Shown: positions 12,947 to 26,100 of the stretch, piece by piece
Layout of the letters: each line of letters begins with the position of its first letter
How positions within the stretch are numbered: the stretch's first letter is position 1
DNA from: Vitrella brassicaformis CCMP3155
Taxonomy: Eukaryota; Protista; Chromerida
Direction of reading: 5' to 3'
Assembly: GCA_001179505.1 (NCBI GenBank)
Contig: CDMY01000677.1
Coordinates: 186,001 to 250,000 of the forward strand
Length of the DNA: 64,000 bases
Position numbers and translations under genes: made by a program
Notes under the pieces: model-generated
What the model saw: only the letters and a program-made list of their open reading frames with translations
The model's database searches: none
Told to the model about the DNA's origin: nothing

Positions 12947-15900
12947 ATGGCGACAACGGCGGGCGGAATCTTGCCCTTCCTGCTTGGTTTACTGCCGCTC
13001 ACTTGGTTGGACACCGCTGCCGGGTACAGCGACTTCTTCATGGACTGTGCCAATGCCATAGAGCTGAAGAACTTCTCCGGCCTGCCGTCCCATGACAGCT
13101 ACACGTACGTTTGTTCCCACCCATGGATTGGGTGCGTGTACTGTATTGCGACGCTATTCTGTCTGTCTGTCTGTCTGTGTGCAGATCTTGCCTGGCGGCG
13201 TCGAGCCCCGGGGCGGCGACCAAGTATTGCCTCGGCGAGCTGACGGCGTTCGGGGGCGTCGCTGGTACAAGGGCAGGGCAGATGAACGAACGAATGAAGT
13301 CTGACTGGCCTGGCTGCCTGTGGATTGGATTGTTGTTTGCAGGCCTGACGGCCGGGCTCTGCCTGCCCAAGCAATGCTCGCAGGTCTGCCTGCTATGACT
13401 GACACAGGGGGGCTGGCGTATCGCATTGGATGTCTGCAGGTGTTTGTGGACGGGACGGTTCGGTGTCATTCATGTCTGTCTGTCTGTCTGTCTGTCGTGC
13501 AGGGTGACCTGGAGGAGTTCATCGAGACCACCTGCGCGGCCCCGTCGTGTGCCGACATCATTGAGGAGTTGCAGCCCCTCTGCATGGTCGTGCAGGGGGT
13601 GCTCTGCGACCCCAAGAACAGGTAGGCAAGCCACAGCACAGGACAGGACGGCACAGGACGGCACAATACACCATCTCTCTCAGTGAATGAACGCGAGTGT
13701 CACTCACTCACTCTGTCTGTCTGTCTGTCTGTCTGTCTATCATCAGGACTGCACCGGCGCACAACTTCCAGCTGTCTTGCCTCGAATCCACCACACCAGA
13801 CTCCAAAAAAGGTCCACACACACACACACGAATGTTCTACCTTTATATCGGCTGGTGGGCATGGCGTACAGGTCAGATGCTGGAGTCCACTTTGGCGTGT
13901 GGCGGGATCGATGCGCAGCGGACGGTCGACAGCGGGCTGGTCAACGACCTGGGCAACTGGGACGGATGCCACAAGGTAAGGTGCGGTGGGATGGTGCATG
14001 TGGGCCTGGCGTGGTGTGGCGTGGTGTGTGTCAGTCAAGTGGGCGTGCAGTGCAGTGCAGTGCATGTGGGCATCTATCTCATCTATCTTGTGCTTGTCTT
14101 GTCAGCTTCCTGGCGCCCACTACTGCTTTGCCGGGTACAACCCCATCTTCATCTCCTCAGGGCAGGTAGGGTACACAACACACAACACACCCCACACCCC
14201 ACACTCACACACCTGTGTTGTGTTCTCCCTGCAGTGTGTGGCGGACACGTGCACGGCGGGCAAGTACGAGAGCATGGCGGCCTTCGCCTGCGAAGTGGAC
14301 AACTGCCTCGCCATCACAAACCTCATCCAACCTCAATACTGCCTCTTCTGGTCCGCCGGCACGGCACACGCACACAGAATCCCCCATGGTTTCGTTGACA
14401 GACGCATGTCTGTGTGTGTGTGTGTGTGCGTGCGTGCAGGAAGACCATCCTGTGCCACCAAGCCCCGCCCCCCAGCCCCTTCATCGCCGCTCACCGTTGG
14501 CAAGGCCGGCTGGGCAGCCCCAACGACCTTCCCATCCCGCCAGAGGTCTCGCTCGACGTTACCTGCGACTACACACCTCCGAAAATCGGGGCCGGTCAGT
14601 CAGCCCGCACGGCATCCATCCATCCATCCATCCATCCGTGTGTGCGCACGTGTGTGTGCGTATGTGTGTGTGCAGGGACCTATGTGATGATAGGCATCTC
14701 AGCGGTGATCACGTTGCTGATCATAGCGGCCACCGGGCTGTCGATACACTTGAAGCAGCGACAGCAGAGAGAGGGCGGTGGAGGCGGGGGCGAAGCGAAT
14801 GCCGACGTCAGACTGCAGACCATCAACGTCGAAGAGGCCGGCAAAGACGTGGCAAGACGGTTCGTGCCATGACAGACACACACAGACACACACAGAGACA
14901 CCGAGAGAGATGTGAACACTCATGTGTGGCGGTGCTGTATTGTGGCATGGGGTGGGCGGCAGGGACGAGCCGCGTGTGCCGTCACTAGGCGAGAAGATGC
15001 TGCTGGCCTTCTCCCTGACGGACAACTGGGCGCACCTTGCTGAGACACACACTGTGAGACGACCAGGGAGGGGTCCACACCAGACACGGTGCGGATGGAC
15101 CACATGTGGTGTGCTTGCTGTATGCAGCACACGGGCGACATCACCTGTTTGAACGGGCTGCGGGCCATCTCGATCTGTTGGGTGCTGCTGGGCCACGTCA
15201 TGCTGCTCATTGCGGGCGGCATACCACTCAAAGACTTCGCGGTCGGTACCTACCGTACCGTACGACACACAGACTTGCACACACACCTACACACGTGTGG
15301 ATGTGGGTATGTGTGATGTCGTGCAGGAGACCCTCAAAGTCGGTACGTGCCTTCACAAGGCGCACAGCACAGCACAGAACGGCACTCTCTTTCCTGCCCA
15401 CACCTGTGTGTGTGTGTGCGTCTTTGGGCGGCAGTTGGCCGTTTCTCCTTCCAGCTTGTCGTCGGCGCCTTCTACTCCGTCGACACGTTTTTCTTCCTCT
15501 CGGGGTTCCTCACCGCGTACGTCGCCGTCAAACACGCCGCCAAAAGGGGCGGCAAGATCAACATCGCCCTGGCCATTGTACACAGGTGCCTACAGAGACA
15601 CCGATGGATGGATGGATGGACACACACAAGTGGGAGGCCGTGGGGTGTGTGTGTGTGTGTGTGTGTAGGTGGATCCGTTTGTCGGTGCTTTATGCGTTTG
15701 TCATTGGGGTGTGGGAGTTCGTGACGCCCTTCTTCGGTGACGGGCCGCGGTGGCCGCTCTTCGTGACCGACCTGCACGCCTCATTTCTCACGGTGGGTGG
15801 GTGAGTGAGTGGGTGGCTGGATGGAGGTCTCATCCTTGTGTGTGTCGTGTGCGTGCAGGGTGGCAAGGAGAGCGCTTGCAAGCAATATTGGTGGGGATGG

Positions 15901-17731
15901 GGCAGGGGACAGCACGTCATTAGACGCTTGCTGATGTGTGTGTGTGTGTGTGTGTGTGTTAATGTGTGCAGGTGGGCGAACCTTCTCTACATCAACAACT
16001 TCATTCCCAAGAAGTTCGGCGAAATATGTCTGCCGTGGACATGGTAGGTACGGTCATCACTCCCCAGCCCCGCTATGCACCTCTACCTCTCTCTTTCGGT
16101 GTGTCCGTCTCTATGTCTGTGTGGCCAGGTACCTGGCCAACGACTTTCAGTTCTTCGTTGTGGGCATCATTGTCCTCGCCATCTACTGCGGGTACTCATC
16201 CGCAGACACACAACGGGCAGGCCCAAACAGGTCTGTCTGGCTGTTGGCTGTCTGTCTGTCTCCCTGGGTGCGTCAGGTACTCCAAGAAGATCGGGTGGTA
16301 CCTCATCGGTCTGCTTCTCTTGACGTGCTGGATCGTCACCGGTGAGTCAGTGAATGGATGGATGCGCTATCTCACACACACTGTTCACACAGCACATCAA
16401 TCCATACGCAGTGCGGTACAGCACGTGTGTGTGTATGTGTCTGTCTGCAGGCACTCTGGACGTCGTCCGGGACTGGCAGGTGGCAGTGCTGCCCATCCTC
16501 TTTGAGGCCGACCAGCACCAGTTCTATGAGCTATACGAGAAGCCATGGTGCAGAATCGCACCATACCTCATTGGAATGGTACCCCTCCCCCCTCCCTCCC
16601 TCCCCCCAAGAACACCAACACACAAAGCCGTTGGGTGCCTCGTGTGTGTGTTTATTTGGTCAGATTGGCGGTCTGCTGATCCTGGAGCACCGTGAGGCGG
16701 TGCGTGAGCGGCTTGTGGGGCTGACCAGGTATGGCCGGCTGGTGTGCCATGCCCTGGCCGCCGGGCTGATGCTCTTCGTCGTCTTCATACAGGTACATGT
16801 TGCACACACGCACACACACACCCCCACACACACACAGAGAGAGAGAGAGACGTGTGTGGGGCATTGTGTGCAGTATGAGGCCAACAAGAGCACGGCCGAG
16901 CCGTGGTCTCCCACAGCGACCTTCTTCTACAACGCCTTCTCACGGTGGGTGCGTACCTTCCCACACAATCCCACACACCACAGATGGACCTCCAGAGACA
17001 CCCATGGATGTGTGCGTGCGTGTGTGTGTGTGTGTGTGTTCTCCACCCTGCAGGTCTGTGTGGGCGGTGGGGCTGTGGTGGATCGTGGTGTGTTGCGCCA
17101 CGGACATGGCTCCCTGGACCAACAAGATTCTGTCGCTGCCGGTGTTTCTGCCCTTCGCGCGGCTGACGTATGCCTTTTACCTGATCCACCTGCCCATCAT
17201 CGCCATCTGGCTCTTCACCAGGAGAGACGTCGACTACTATTACGACGGTCGGTATGCAGGCAGGCAGGCAGCCCGCATCCATCCATCATGTTGGCAAGCT
17301 CATGGCTTTGTGTGTGTGTGTGTGTGTGTGTGTTGTCCACCAAACAGGTTTGGTGGCTGTATACTACCCGGCCTTCTTGGTGCTGGGTTTCAGCGTGGCC
17401 ACCTTCTTCTACCTCTTCGTGGAGGCCCCCTTCATGAACCTCGACAAGCTCCTGCTCGCCAACCTCATGAGAGCCTCCGACGAAGGTGCCAGAATCGCCA
17501 AACGTATGCAGACCCCACAACCCACCACACAACACAACACAACACCACATCCACCGGTGGATGTGATGTGTATCAGGCAAAGATGAGAGTGGCGGGCAGG
17601 CGAGCTCCGCTGAGAGCTTGATGGACTCCTCCGGCGCCACGCCCCCCGGCCGGCGGGCCATGAGGCACAACGGAGAGCCACATAGCACAAAGACAGACGA
17701 GCGCCCGACGGCTGCGCTGCTCAGCGCATGA
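12947..17731 (+). CDS. Acyltransferase-3 family membrane protein, NRF-6/OACYL-like, with signal peptide and Cys-rich N-terminal domain
   Basis: Signal peptide MATTAGGILPFLLGLLPL. Family motifs CLNGLRAISICWVLLGH, SVDTFFFLSGFL, ANLLYINNF, CLPWTWYLANDFQFF, YEKPWCRIAPYLIG and FLPFARLTYAFYLIH. Confidence 0.9.
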
Positions 17732-18792
17732 CCGACACACACACACACAACGGGGGGAGGGCGAGGGAGGGAGGGAGAGGAGCGCGTGCGTGTGTGTGTT
17801 ATTTCTGTCCGTCCGTCTGAATGGCGTGGCGCTTGCGTGCGTGCGGTGTCTATCGTGGTGTCGGTTTAAGAGGGCAGGCAGGCAGGCAGGCAGGCAGAGG
17901 TAAGCGAGAGCTTTCTGTGACTGAGTGAGTGGCCCGGTGAGTGAGGTCATTGATCATTGTGTATTTCTCGGTAGCCAATCTGGCTGGCGAGCCAGTGCTA
18001 GGGCGCCCCGAGTGCCCGCCACTGCAGCCTGGAGCCTTTTTCTTCACCTACCCAGCCCTGCAGCTCAGCTGCGTCCATAGTCAATGTTGTATAGCAGCAA
18101 TTCGTTCGGTGAGCGTACATCCATCGTGTGTGTACTTGGGTGGCATCCATGTGACTGTGACAGTCAGTCAGCGAAGCTGCTCCAGAGCTTTACCCCAGGC
18201 AGGGAGAACTAAGGCAGGGAGAGAAACACACGGTCAGAGTCGGATCTCACTCAGTCGACCTGCATAAAGGAAGCCACTTATCTATCTCTTTGTCTGACTG
18301 TCAGCAGAGTACAGCACAGCCGTCAAGGGGCTTTTGTTTCCCCCGGCCGGCCTGTCGATATGGCATGTTTGTTATGTATACAAGCACTCGGTGAGTGCCA
18401 TCCATGAGCACGTGCGCACGAATTCGTCTCTGTCCCATGCATTCGCACATGTGCACACTTTGTGTGTCGTGGTTTCTCGGGGGAGAGCACAGAGAGGGTA
18501 GAGATCTTCACGAGTGTGGTCAAGGAATGGTGAACCTATGATTGCATGCACTGTCTGCTTGACGTCAGTGGATCTTAAGGGGCGTGCAATTCATATCCCA
18601 ATGAAATCGCGATGATTTCGATCCTCACCGATCGCCGGCGCTGGCGGGCTGGCTGGTAGGCGCGAAAGAACAGGAAAAGTGAAGAAAGAAGCTTCCTCCT
18701 AGGTTGATCACCCGAGGCGGCTTCTCTCGAGGGTGCCCGCAGCCTATAACTCTAGCTATCTACAGCGTGCGAGGGGAGGCTCTCTCGGCGTG

Positions 18793-19820
18793 ATGAGGTT
18801 GAAGGCCGTCGATTTGGACAGCAAGTACTGCTGTAGGCTGCCCCAGGAGGTCAGACGATGACAACTGGGCAATGCAGAAGACACCAGGGAAGAAAAGACG
18901 CCGCATTTCGTGTGTGTTGTGTTGGGTCATTCAGGTGGTGCAGAGGATCCTGGCGTTTCTTCATTTCAGGGTGCTCGCCCCTCTGGCACCGTGCGCCAAA
19001 GTGTACCGTGATGCATTCAAGGAATCCCTGCCATGGCGTAAGGGACGCCACATGCACACGGGGGAAGAACAAAAAAGGCCTGCACACACCGAGTCTCTTT
19101 CTGTCTGTCTGTCTGTCTGGTCCTTCAGGTGTGACGGATGGCCTTCTGAACACGCTGTCCATTCCCCCACCCCCGTTGCGACTTCGCCATGTGCGAGCGT
19201 CGAGGGGGCAGCCGCTCGATGCCGTTCATGGACCTAGCGGCACCATTGGTAGGTGAGCGAGGGAGCGCTGCAAAAGCCACATGCATTCACAAGTGTTGTG
19301 TGGTGTGTTGTGTGACTGCTGCAGTGGTGCACCAGCGCGTTCATCGGAAGCTCAACCAGCTCAAGATGGGCATGGAGGACATCCTGAGTGTGATGCGCGG
19401 ACACAAGTGCCACATGTCCCACAAGCCCCCGTCCACCCTCGTCCGCCACGACACCATCAAGATTTTCACACCAAAGTGAGCGAGCCAGCACCGAGCCCTT
19501 TTCTCACTACTTCTCAACATCCGTCTGTCTGTCTGTCTGTCTGTCTGTGTGCTGGGCGGGTGGGTAGCTTTGTGCTGGTGGCCATTCCCGGCCGTCTCGG
19601 CCCCAACAACGAGATGCACATGCATGTGCGACCGTCCCTATATTCGGTATACAACACGCGATACCTGCAGGAGGCGGGTGGTGAGCTGCCACCCCGCCTC
19701 AACGTGCACCTGGCCAAGGCCATGCGCGACCACGTCGAGTTCGACAACCCCTACGTGCATCTGACGGACGAGCGCAACTTTGTTATTGCCGCCTCGTCGT
19801 CGTCGGGTCGGCGGCAGTGA
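18793..19820 (+). CDS. Hypothetical protein with N-terminal F-box-like motif
   Basis: Spliced sequence MRLKAVDLDSKYCCRLPQE|VVQRILAFLHFR|VLAPLAPCAKVYRDAF resembles an F-box (LPxEvxxxIlxfL). The exons join in frame. The 3' end may extend to about 19915. Confidence 0.55.
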
Positions 19821-20700
19821 GTGTGGTGCAGTGCAGTGCAGTGCAGTGCAGTGTAGCTTTCATGTGGGCGCGGTGAGGGGGCTGTGTCGATAGGATTCAT
19901 GCAGTGTGTTGACGTGACAATATTTCCACATGAATGCGTGTGTGATGGCTGTCGAGACTGTCTGTGGCAGCGAAATCAAGCATTAGTGTCTCTCGAATCC
20001 AGGACACGACATGCCCACCCAAAACGGTGCCTATACCCTCTCCCCGGGTCATTGGCCACGCACAACACGCCACATACACCCATTAATCGAGGGACTTCCG
20101 TCTGTCTCACTCGCCGCAGGATCCATGCACACATGTCTCTCTCTCTCTCTCTCCCTCTCGCTCTGTGTGCGTGCGTGTGTGCGCTTCTAGGGTGACAACT
20201 AACTTTATGTGGTGGCAGGTGCTTGGCTGGCCCGCCGCCACCACATACTGAGACAGACTGGATTTCGATCAGCAATCTCACCGCCGATTGCAAACTCGTG
20301 GATGTTTCGACTCTCGTGGATGATCGAATAGATGGCCGTCAACTCATGACAAATGCATTCAATTGTACCCAACAACCCACGCACAGCAGATGAATGGCTC
20401 GGCCGATAGCTCACCAGCTGGCACACACCGGTACAGTACAAGCTGTGTGTCGGAGCTCTGTGAAGCGGACACTGTAAGTAAGTAATCAACGCTCCGAAGA
20501 GAAGAGACTAATTGACTGTACATTTAGCTGCACACATACAAACAAATACGTCAGTCAACATCGATCAGTCTCACACGTGTGCACCCCCTCCAGGCCTGTA
20601 CACGCCCATATATCTGCGGCTGCACTCGCAGCACATTCACCAGCCACACACAACCCCCTCGACGACGAGCTGGCCGAGCTCCTTCGTTAACGACCAGTGG

Positions 20701-22772
20701 CTAGCTGCCCTTCAGCTTCCCCCTTTGTGTCGGCCGCTTCTCTTCCGCCACCAAGTGATAGTTTCGGAACAGCTCTTGGGGGGCGAAACACTCGCGGAAG
20801 TTCTCCCACACGCCTGACATACACACATGCATAAGACAACACGCGCAACGCAACCCAGTAATCCATCGGTTGTGTTCATGGAATGGTAAGGGTTCCTCGT
20901 CTGTCTCCGTCTCATCCACTGACTGACTGACCACTGACCTTTGTCGTATATGTTCTGGATCTGGTCTGGCCGCTCGCCGCTGAGCTCCAGACGCCGCCTG
21001 AAGGAGTCAGAGACACACACGGATATGATGCGCAGGCAGGGCTGGCGATCTGGGTGCTCCACTGATCGACTGACCTCTCGTTGCGATACTTGAAGGTCTC
21101 GTTGGTCGTCACGTTCGCAGCGACCTGCCGTAAGAAGGATGGCACACGTCGCGGGGTGTCAGTGTGTCGTGGGGGGTGCGTGTGCCCGGCCAACCGACCA
21201 GGAAGAGATGGTATGCGGTGAATGCCACGAGGACAGCCGACATGATGATGCACAGCAGCGTCACGAACATCAATATGGCGTTGTTCGCCAACATGTACTG
21301 ACGTCCATCGACACACAGAGAGACAGAGAGAGAGGGATGGCTACCGACGGCAGGACAAGAAGAAGAAATGGCCTCTTCGTGCCGACTGACCTGGAAAACG
21401 ATTGAGTACGAGGCAGAGAATCGCTCTCCTGTGACGGCATCGACATACACAGCTGCAAACACGCACACAAGGACAGACAGGTCTGCCCTCCCCTCCCCTC
21501 CTCTCTCTTGGCACAACCGGTCCACGCACCCACAGCCACCACACCCGTACCTTGGAACAGCTGCCTCTCTATGATCTGTCCCAGCAAGATCAATACACCT
21601 TTAAAGCAGCGCAGCCACAGACAGCAAGATGAACAAGATATCACTCACTCACGGTGCACATGCCTTCTGTGCTGGCCGAGTGTGGTCGGTGTGTGTGTGT
21701 GCGTGTACGTGTGTGCGTGGTTGCGTACCGACGAGGGATCCATACACACAGAGGAAAGCGTGTGTGAGGAGGAAGTAGATGAACCACCGGTGGTTGCCCT
21801 CGCCCACACAGTTGCCTATCCACACACAGTGATGGTCAAACCTGCTCAAACAGAAGGTCCACCCACAAACACAGCACTACTCCCGCCTCTCTGCCTGGGC
21901 GTCTGGGTCTCTCTGTCTCTGTGTGACTGACCTGACGACGCACACGTCGCACATGCTGCAGTGTTTTGACCGTGCTGGTTTGAGGGTATCGCAGGTCGGG
22001 CACTTCTTGCCTTCAACAAAGATCACCCCGTCATAGGGAAACTGGGACACACACGCCTTCTCGTTGGCCCTATGCACAATCCCTACACACACAAAGGGGG
22101 CGGAAGGAAATGGGGTATGTGTGCTGCATTCACATGCCGTTCATACGGACCTGGGTCTTTGAGAGATGCAATAGCAAAGGTGAACAGGCACACAGCGAAG
22201 GCAACCAGGCCGCCCCACCTGCAGCGCAACAGTGTGTGTCTTCCCATGCACCCTGCCGGCTGTGGTGCATTGCATAGCTGAGTGTCTGCTCGCTCACTTG
22301 TGGGCGCCACTGATGAGCGGCCCGGGCATGTACGGGTAGCCTGATGGACAGACAGACAGACAGACAGGCACAGATCTCATGCAGGAATCGACCGCCTGTG
22401 TGTGGCAGGGGTCCGCTCACCGAAAGTGACGAAAGCAAAGTACCCCCCAACCACTATAAACAAGTAAAAGATCTGCACCACACACACACACACACACACA
22501 ATGAGCAAGTAGCACGGCACTGCATTGACATTGACCTGTATAGAGGGGTTGTTTTTGTAGAGCAGGTAGTGCATCCACGAGTCGACCACCTCGGTGCCCT
22601 TGTCGCCGAAGAGCACCTTCAGCGTGCTCTTGAACGCCCACGGCACGCCGATGCACACGCACCTGGTGATGATGTCGATGCACGTAGAGCCTTCGGGGTC
22701 GCCGCAGCACAGGATCATGGCGGCGAAGCCGCAGATAGATAGATAGGTGATTATCCACAGCCACCAAGCCAT
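20701..22772 (-). CDS. DHHC palmitoyltransferase (Swf1/ZDHHC4-like)
   Basis: [48 protein letters not shown], a DPG motif, a TTNE motif (NVTTNETFK), and N-terminal transmembrane segments. Confidence 0.95.
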
Positions 22773-22920
22773 CTGCTGATGCGATGAAGAAGCCAAGATC
22801 TGAAGCTCAGGCTGTCAAGAGAAGGCTACCTCACGGCTGGCTGAGGCGTAATCTCACGCGTAATCTCAACACTCCTCTCTGCGTGAAGAAGTCACAGTGA
22901 TTGCTTCAAGCCCGCAGTTA

Positions 22921-22928
22921 AGCTCGCA
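22921..22928 (+). promoter_or_regulatory. AGCTCGCA candidate promoter motif (DHHC/PAS divergent region)
   Basis: One of seven divergent gene starts carrying the octamer. Confidence 0.5.
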
Positions 22929-23163
22929 AAAATGGGGAGTGAAAAAGATGACCACGCAGCAGCGCGTCAGAAGAGCGGCTGCATCACGACAGTAAGACCA
23001 TCTGTTCGACGTTTTGACATTCGATTTGGACATTGATGCGCTCGTGAGGCATCAGCTGCTACCTGTTGCCTCACTGTTCGAAGGTGAGGGACACACACGC
23101 TGGAGATTAGATTGTCGCGCAGCCTCACTCCTGTCATTGTGCATTGCGTGTCGTCGTCAGGCA

Positions 23164-26100
23164 ATGTTGGCCTCCGCCCTGCAGAATGGCGTTCACCATG
23201 GTGGTGGGAACGGCGAGGAGATAACGTCGTGCGGCAGCTGCCAGTACAAGCAGCAGCGCATCCAGGACCTCCAGGATGAGGTGCTCCGGCTGTCCAACGC
23301 CTACCACAGTAAGCTCACAAACACGCGCAGACCCTCGGCCTCTGACCGACCCTGACTGACGTGTTTGCTGTGCGTGTGTCTGGGTGCAGACCTGACGATT
23401 CAGTCGGTGTTCACGACGCCCACGGCATCGGCTGCCGTCGCGCCCCCCTCCATGTCCGTTGCCGTTGCCGTGCCCCCGCGTGCAAGCAAACTCGGCCTCT
23501 CACGCGCAGCCACGTCCGTCAATGCCGACGTACGCAGCACAGCAGGCACACACACAGACCACACACCCGCCCCCCGACAGACACACGATGAGATGAGTCA
23601 ATCCACTGCCAACCGGCTGTTCCTGCGTTGCCTCTAACGATGCAGGTGGACCGTGCGTCGGCCATTCCGGCGGCCTCGGTGGGCTGCGGCGTGTGTGCAG
23701 GTGGCGAGACGGCCTCGTTCTCAGCGGGGAGCGGTGGCGAGGTGGACAACGACAACGAGCAGGAGGAGCAGGGCTTCCACGGCATCATCGAGGACGGCAT
23801 GGGCATGACGATGAGCATGGGTGGCGGAACCGACGTGGACGGCGGCAAGCAGGGTGACGGCGATGCGAAGGAAACGGAGAGGGAACATGAGGATGACACT
23901 TATGAGACCGGTAGGTGGGGGAATGAGGGAGGGACACTCTTGGCCCTCGTGTTCTGCCAGACAGACAGACAGAAATGATGGATGGTGTGTGCTCCCTCTG
24001 TGTGATGTGTTGTGTGTGGCTGGACGATTGGTGCAGTTGAGGAGGCTGTCGACACCATTCGCCGCCTGCGTGCCGAGATGGAGACCATGCGCGGAAGGCT
24101 GCAGTACCTCGAGAGGAGGGAAACAGAACGTCGGTCACACACGACACGAGCGCCCTGACATGCATTCGTATGTGCGTATGTATCTATGTTGCCTGCTGCA
24201 GGGTCCCAGGAGAAGCGTCGACAGGAGAAGAAACTCAGCAGCCTGCTGCAGGCCTTCGCCGAGACGGTCAGTGGCCAGAAGCGAACGAATGACCAAAGAG
24301 AGGAACGACCCCTTGCCGCTGCTGCGCTCGATGCAGGTGAACATCAGTGCCTGGTACTGCGACACGGAGGACCAGGCAACGACCTACTGCCACCACTCCA
24401 GGTGCGTGCAGCAGAAACAGATGCTCACACGTACTTGTCTAATTGTGTGGTCACGTCGCATCCCTGATGTGTGCAGCAAGGTGTATGAGGCGCTGACGGG
24501 CCGGTCGATGCCGAACGACGAGAACACCATCCAAAGCTTCGAAGATTCGCTACAATACTTCCAGGTACCGACCGTACCCTCTTCTGTGCGTGACGTGCAC
24601 CATCCACGTGTGTGGGGTGGTGCAGGAGCCCGGCCGCGGGGAGCTGCAGATGGCGTGGAACAAGCTGCGGACAGAGGGGTGCGGCTACACACTTGAGCTC
24701 GGATTAGAGCGGCCTGATGGCCAAGTGCGGTGGTTCAAGTGTGCGGGTCGGATGGAGAAGGAGGGCTCCAACCACCATGAGGCAGGCCTCATGTGGGGCT
24801 TCATGATGGTATGGTATCCATTTTATCCACACACATCACATAGGGAAGATGAAAGGCCTCCTCCCATCCCATGTTTGTGTCAACTATTTAATGGTCAGGA
24901 CACGACAGAGGAGAGGAAGAGAGAAGGCGAAAAGGAGCGGTTCCGCGGCCGGCTGCAACGGCTGGCGGACGTCACTTTCGACGGATGGGGACTCGGCGAC
25001 CTCCAAGAAAGAGTCCTCATTGAGGTGGGTCGTTTGGCACACCAATACCACACACACACACACACAACAGACCTGCCTATCTGTTGTGGCCGCGTGTGTC
25101 AGTGTTCGCCGTCGCTCAACGTGTTGTTTGGTCGCCGTCTGGAGGGCACGCCCATCGAGCAGACCCTGCCGTCCACCGTCATCCAGCGCATCGCTGCCGA
25201 CGGATACGGCAGACACCTGCCAGTGCGGCTGAGGCGGTCTGACGGGGAGGTTTTCGTGGCAGAGCTCAATGCGCTCGTCGACTCTGACGATCCAGGTGAG
25301 AATGTCGACGAGTGGGAAGCGAAGCCAATAAGAGTACATTCTGATGTGGCCTTGTGATGCGCTCAGCCTTGGTCTTTTTCGCCGTTCGTGTGGTGGAAGA
25401 TGAGTCGACCAGCCCCACACCCACACTCGGACCGCCGCCACCCCTCAGCAGTAAGGAGCAGCAGCACAGACGAGGCCTTCACACACGTCTCTCGCACTGT
25501 GTGTACCTGTGTCGTCTCCCTGCCTTCATCCCTCTATCTATGCAGTTCGCAGCGCCCGAACTGCTGTCAGAGGCAGCCGGACATCCAACTCATCCAACTC
25601 GTCTTCCAACACCAACCGGCAGCGGCCCCCCCAGCCCCCGCAGCAGCGGGCGGGCTCGCTGGGCAACCATCAGCCGTCGCCCTCCCCCCCTCCCCCGCCC
25701 ACCAGGCAGGAGACGCCCCCCTCGCCCACAGCTGCGCTGCCGCCACTGCAGGCGAAGCGGAGGGAAGGCGACTCCAAACCAACAAGGGCTACAGGGTTGG
25801 CAGTGGTGACGGGCAGGAGAGTTCTGAAGGAGTCGCCCAGTCCGTCACCGTCTCGCGGCTCGCGGTCTCCTCTCGAGATTGCTCGGGCCGACCTGCCAGC
25901 TGTGTTGGAGGAGAAAAAGGACGACGAGGCGGGAGATGATGTTGCCGTCTCGCCCTCACCTGTCCGCGCAGCTGCTAGGCCGCCCTCCCCCCTGCCGAGC
26001 GCATCCTTCCCCTTCCCCGCCCCCGCTCCCTCCTCCACAAGCGCGGATGCCACCAACACGGCCGTCTCTCCCACATCCACCGCCGCCCCAGTGGTGCTGG

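Noticed and set aside
17941-18523. ORFs 17941..18267 and 18323..18523 as genes
   Set aside because: No recognisable motif or convincing splice chain; likely 3'-UTR or intergenic.
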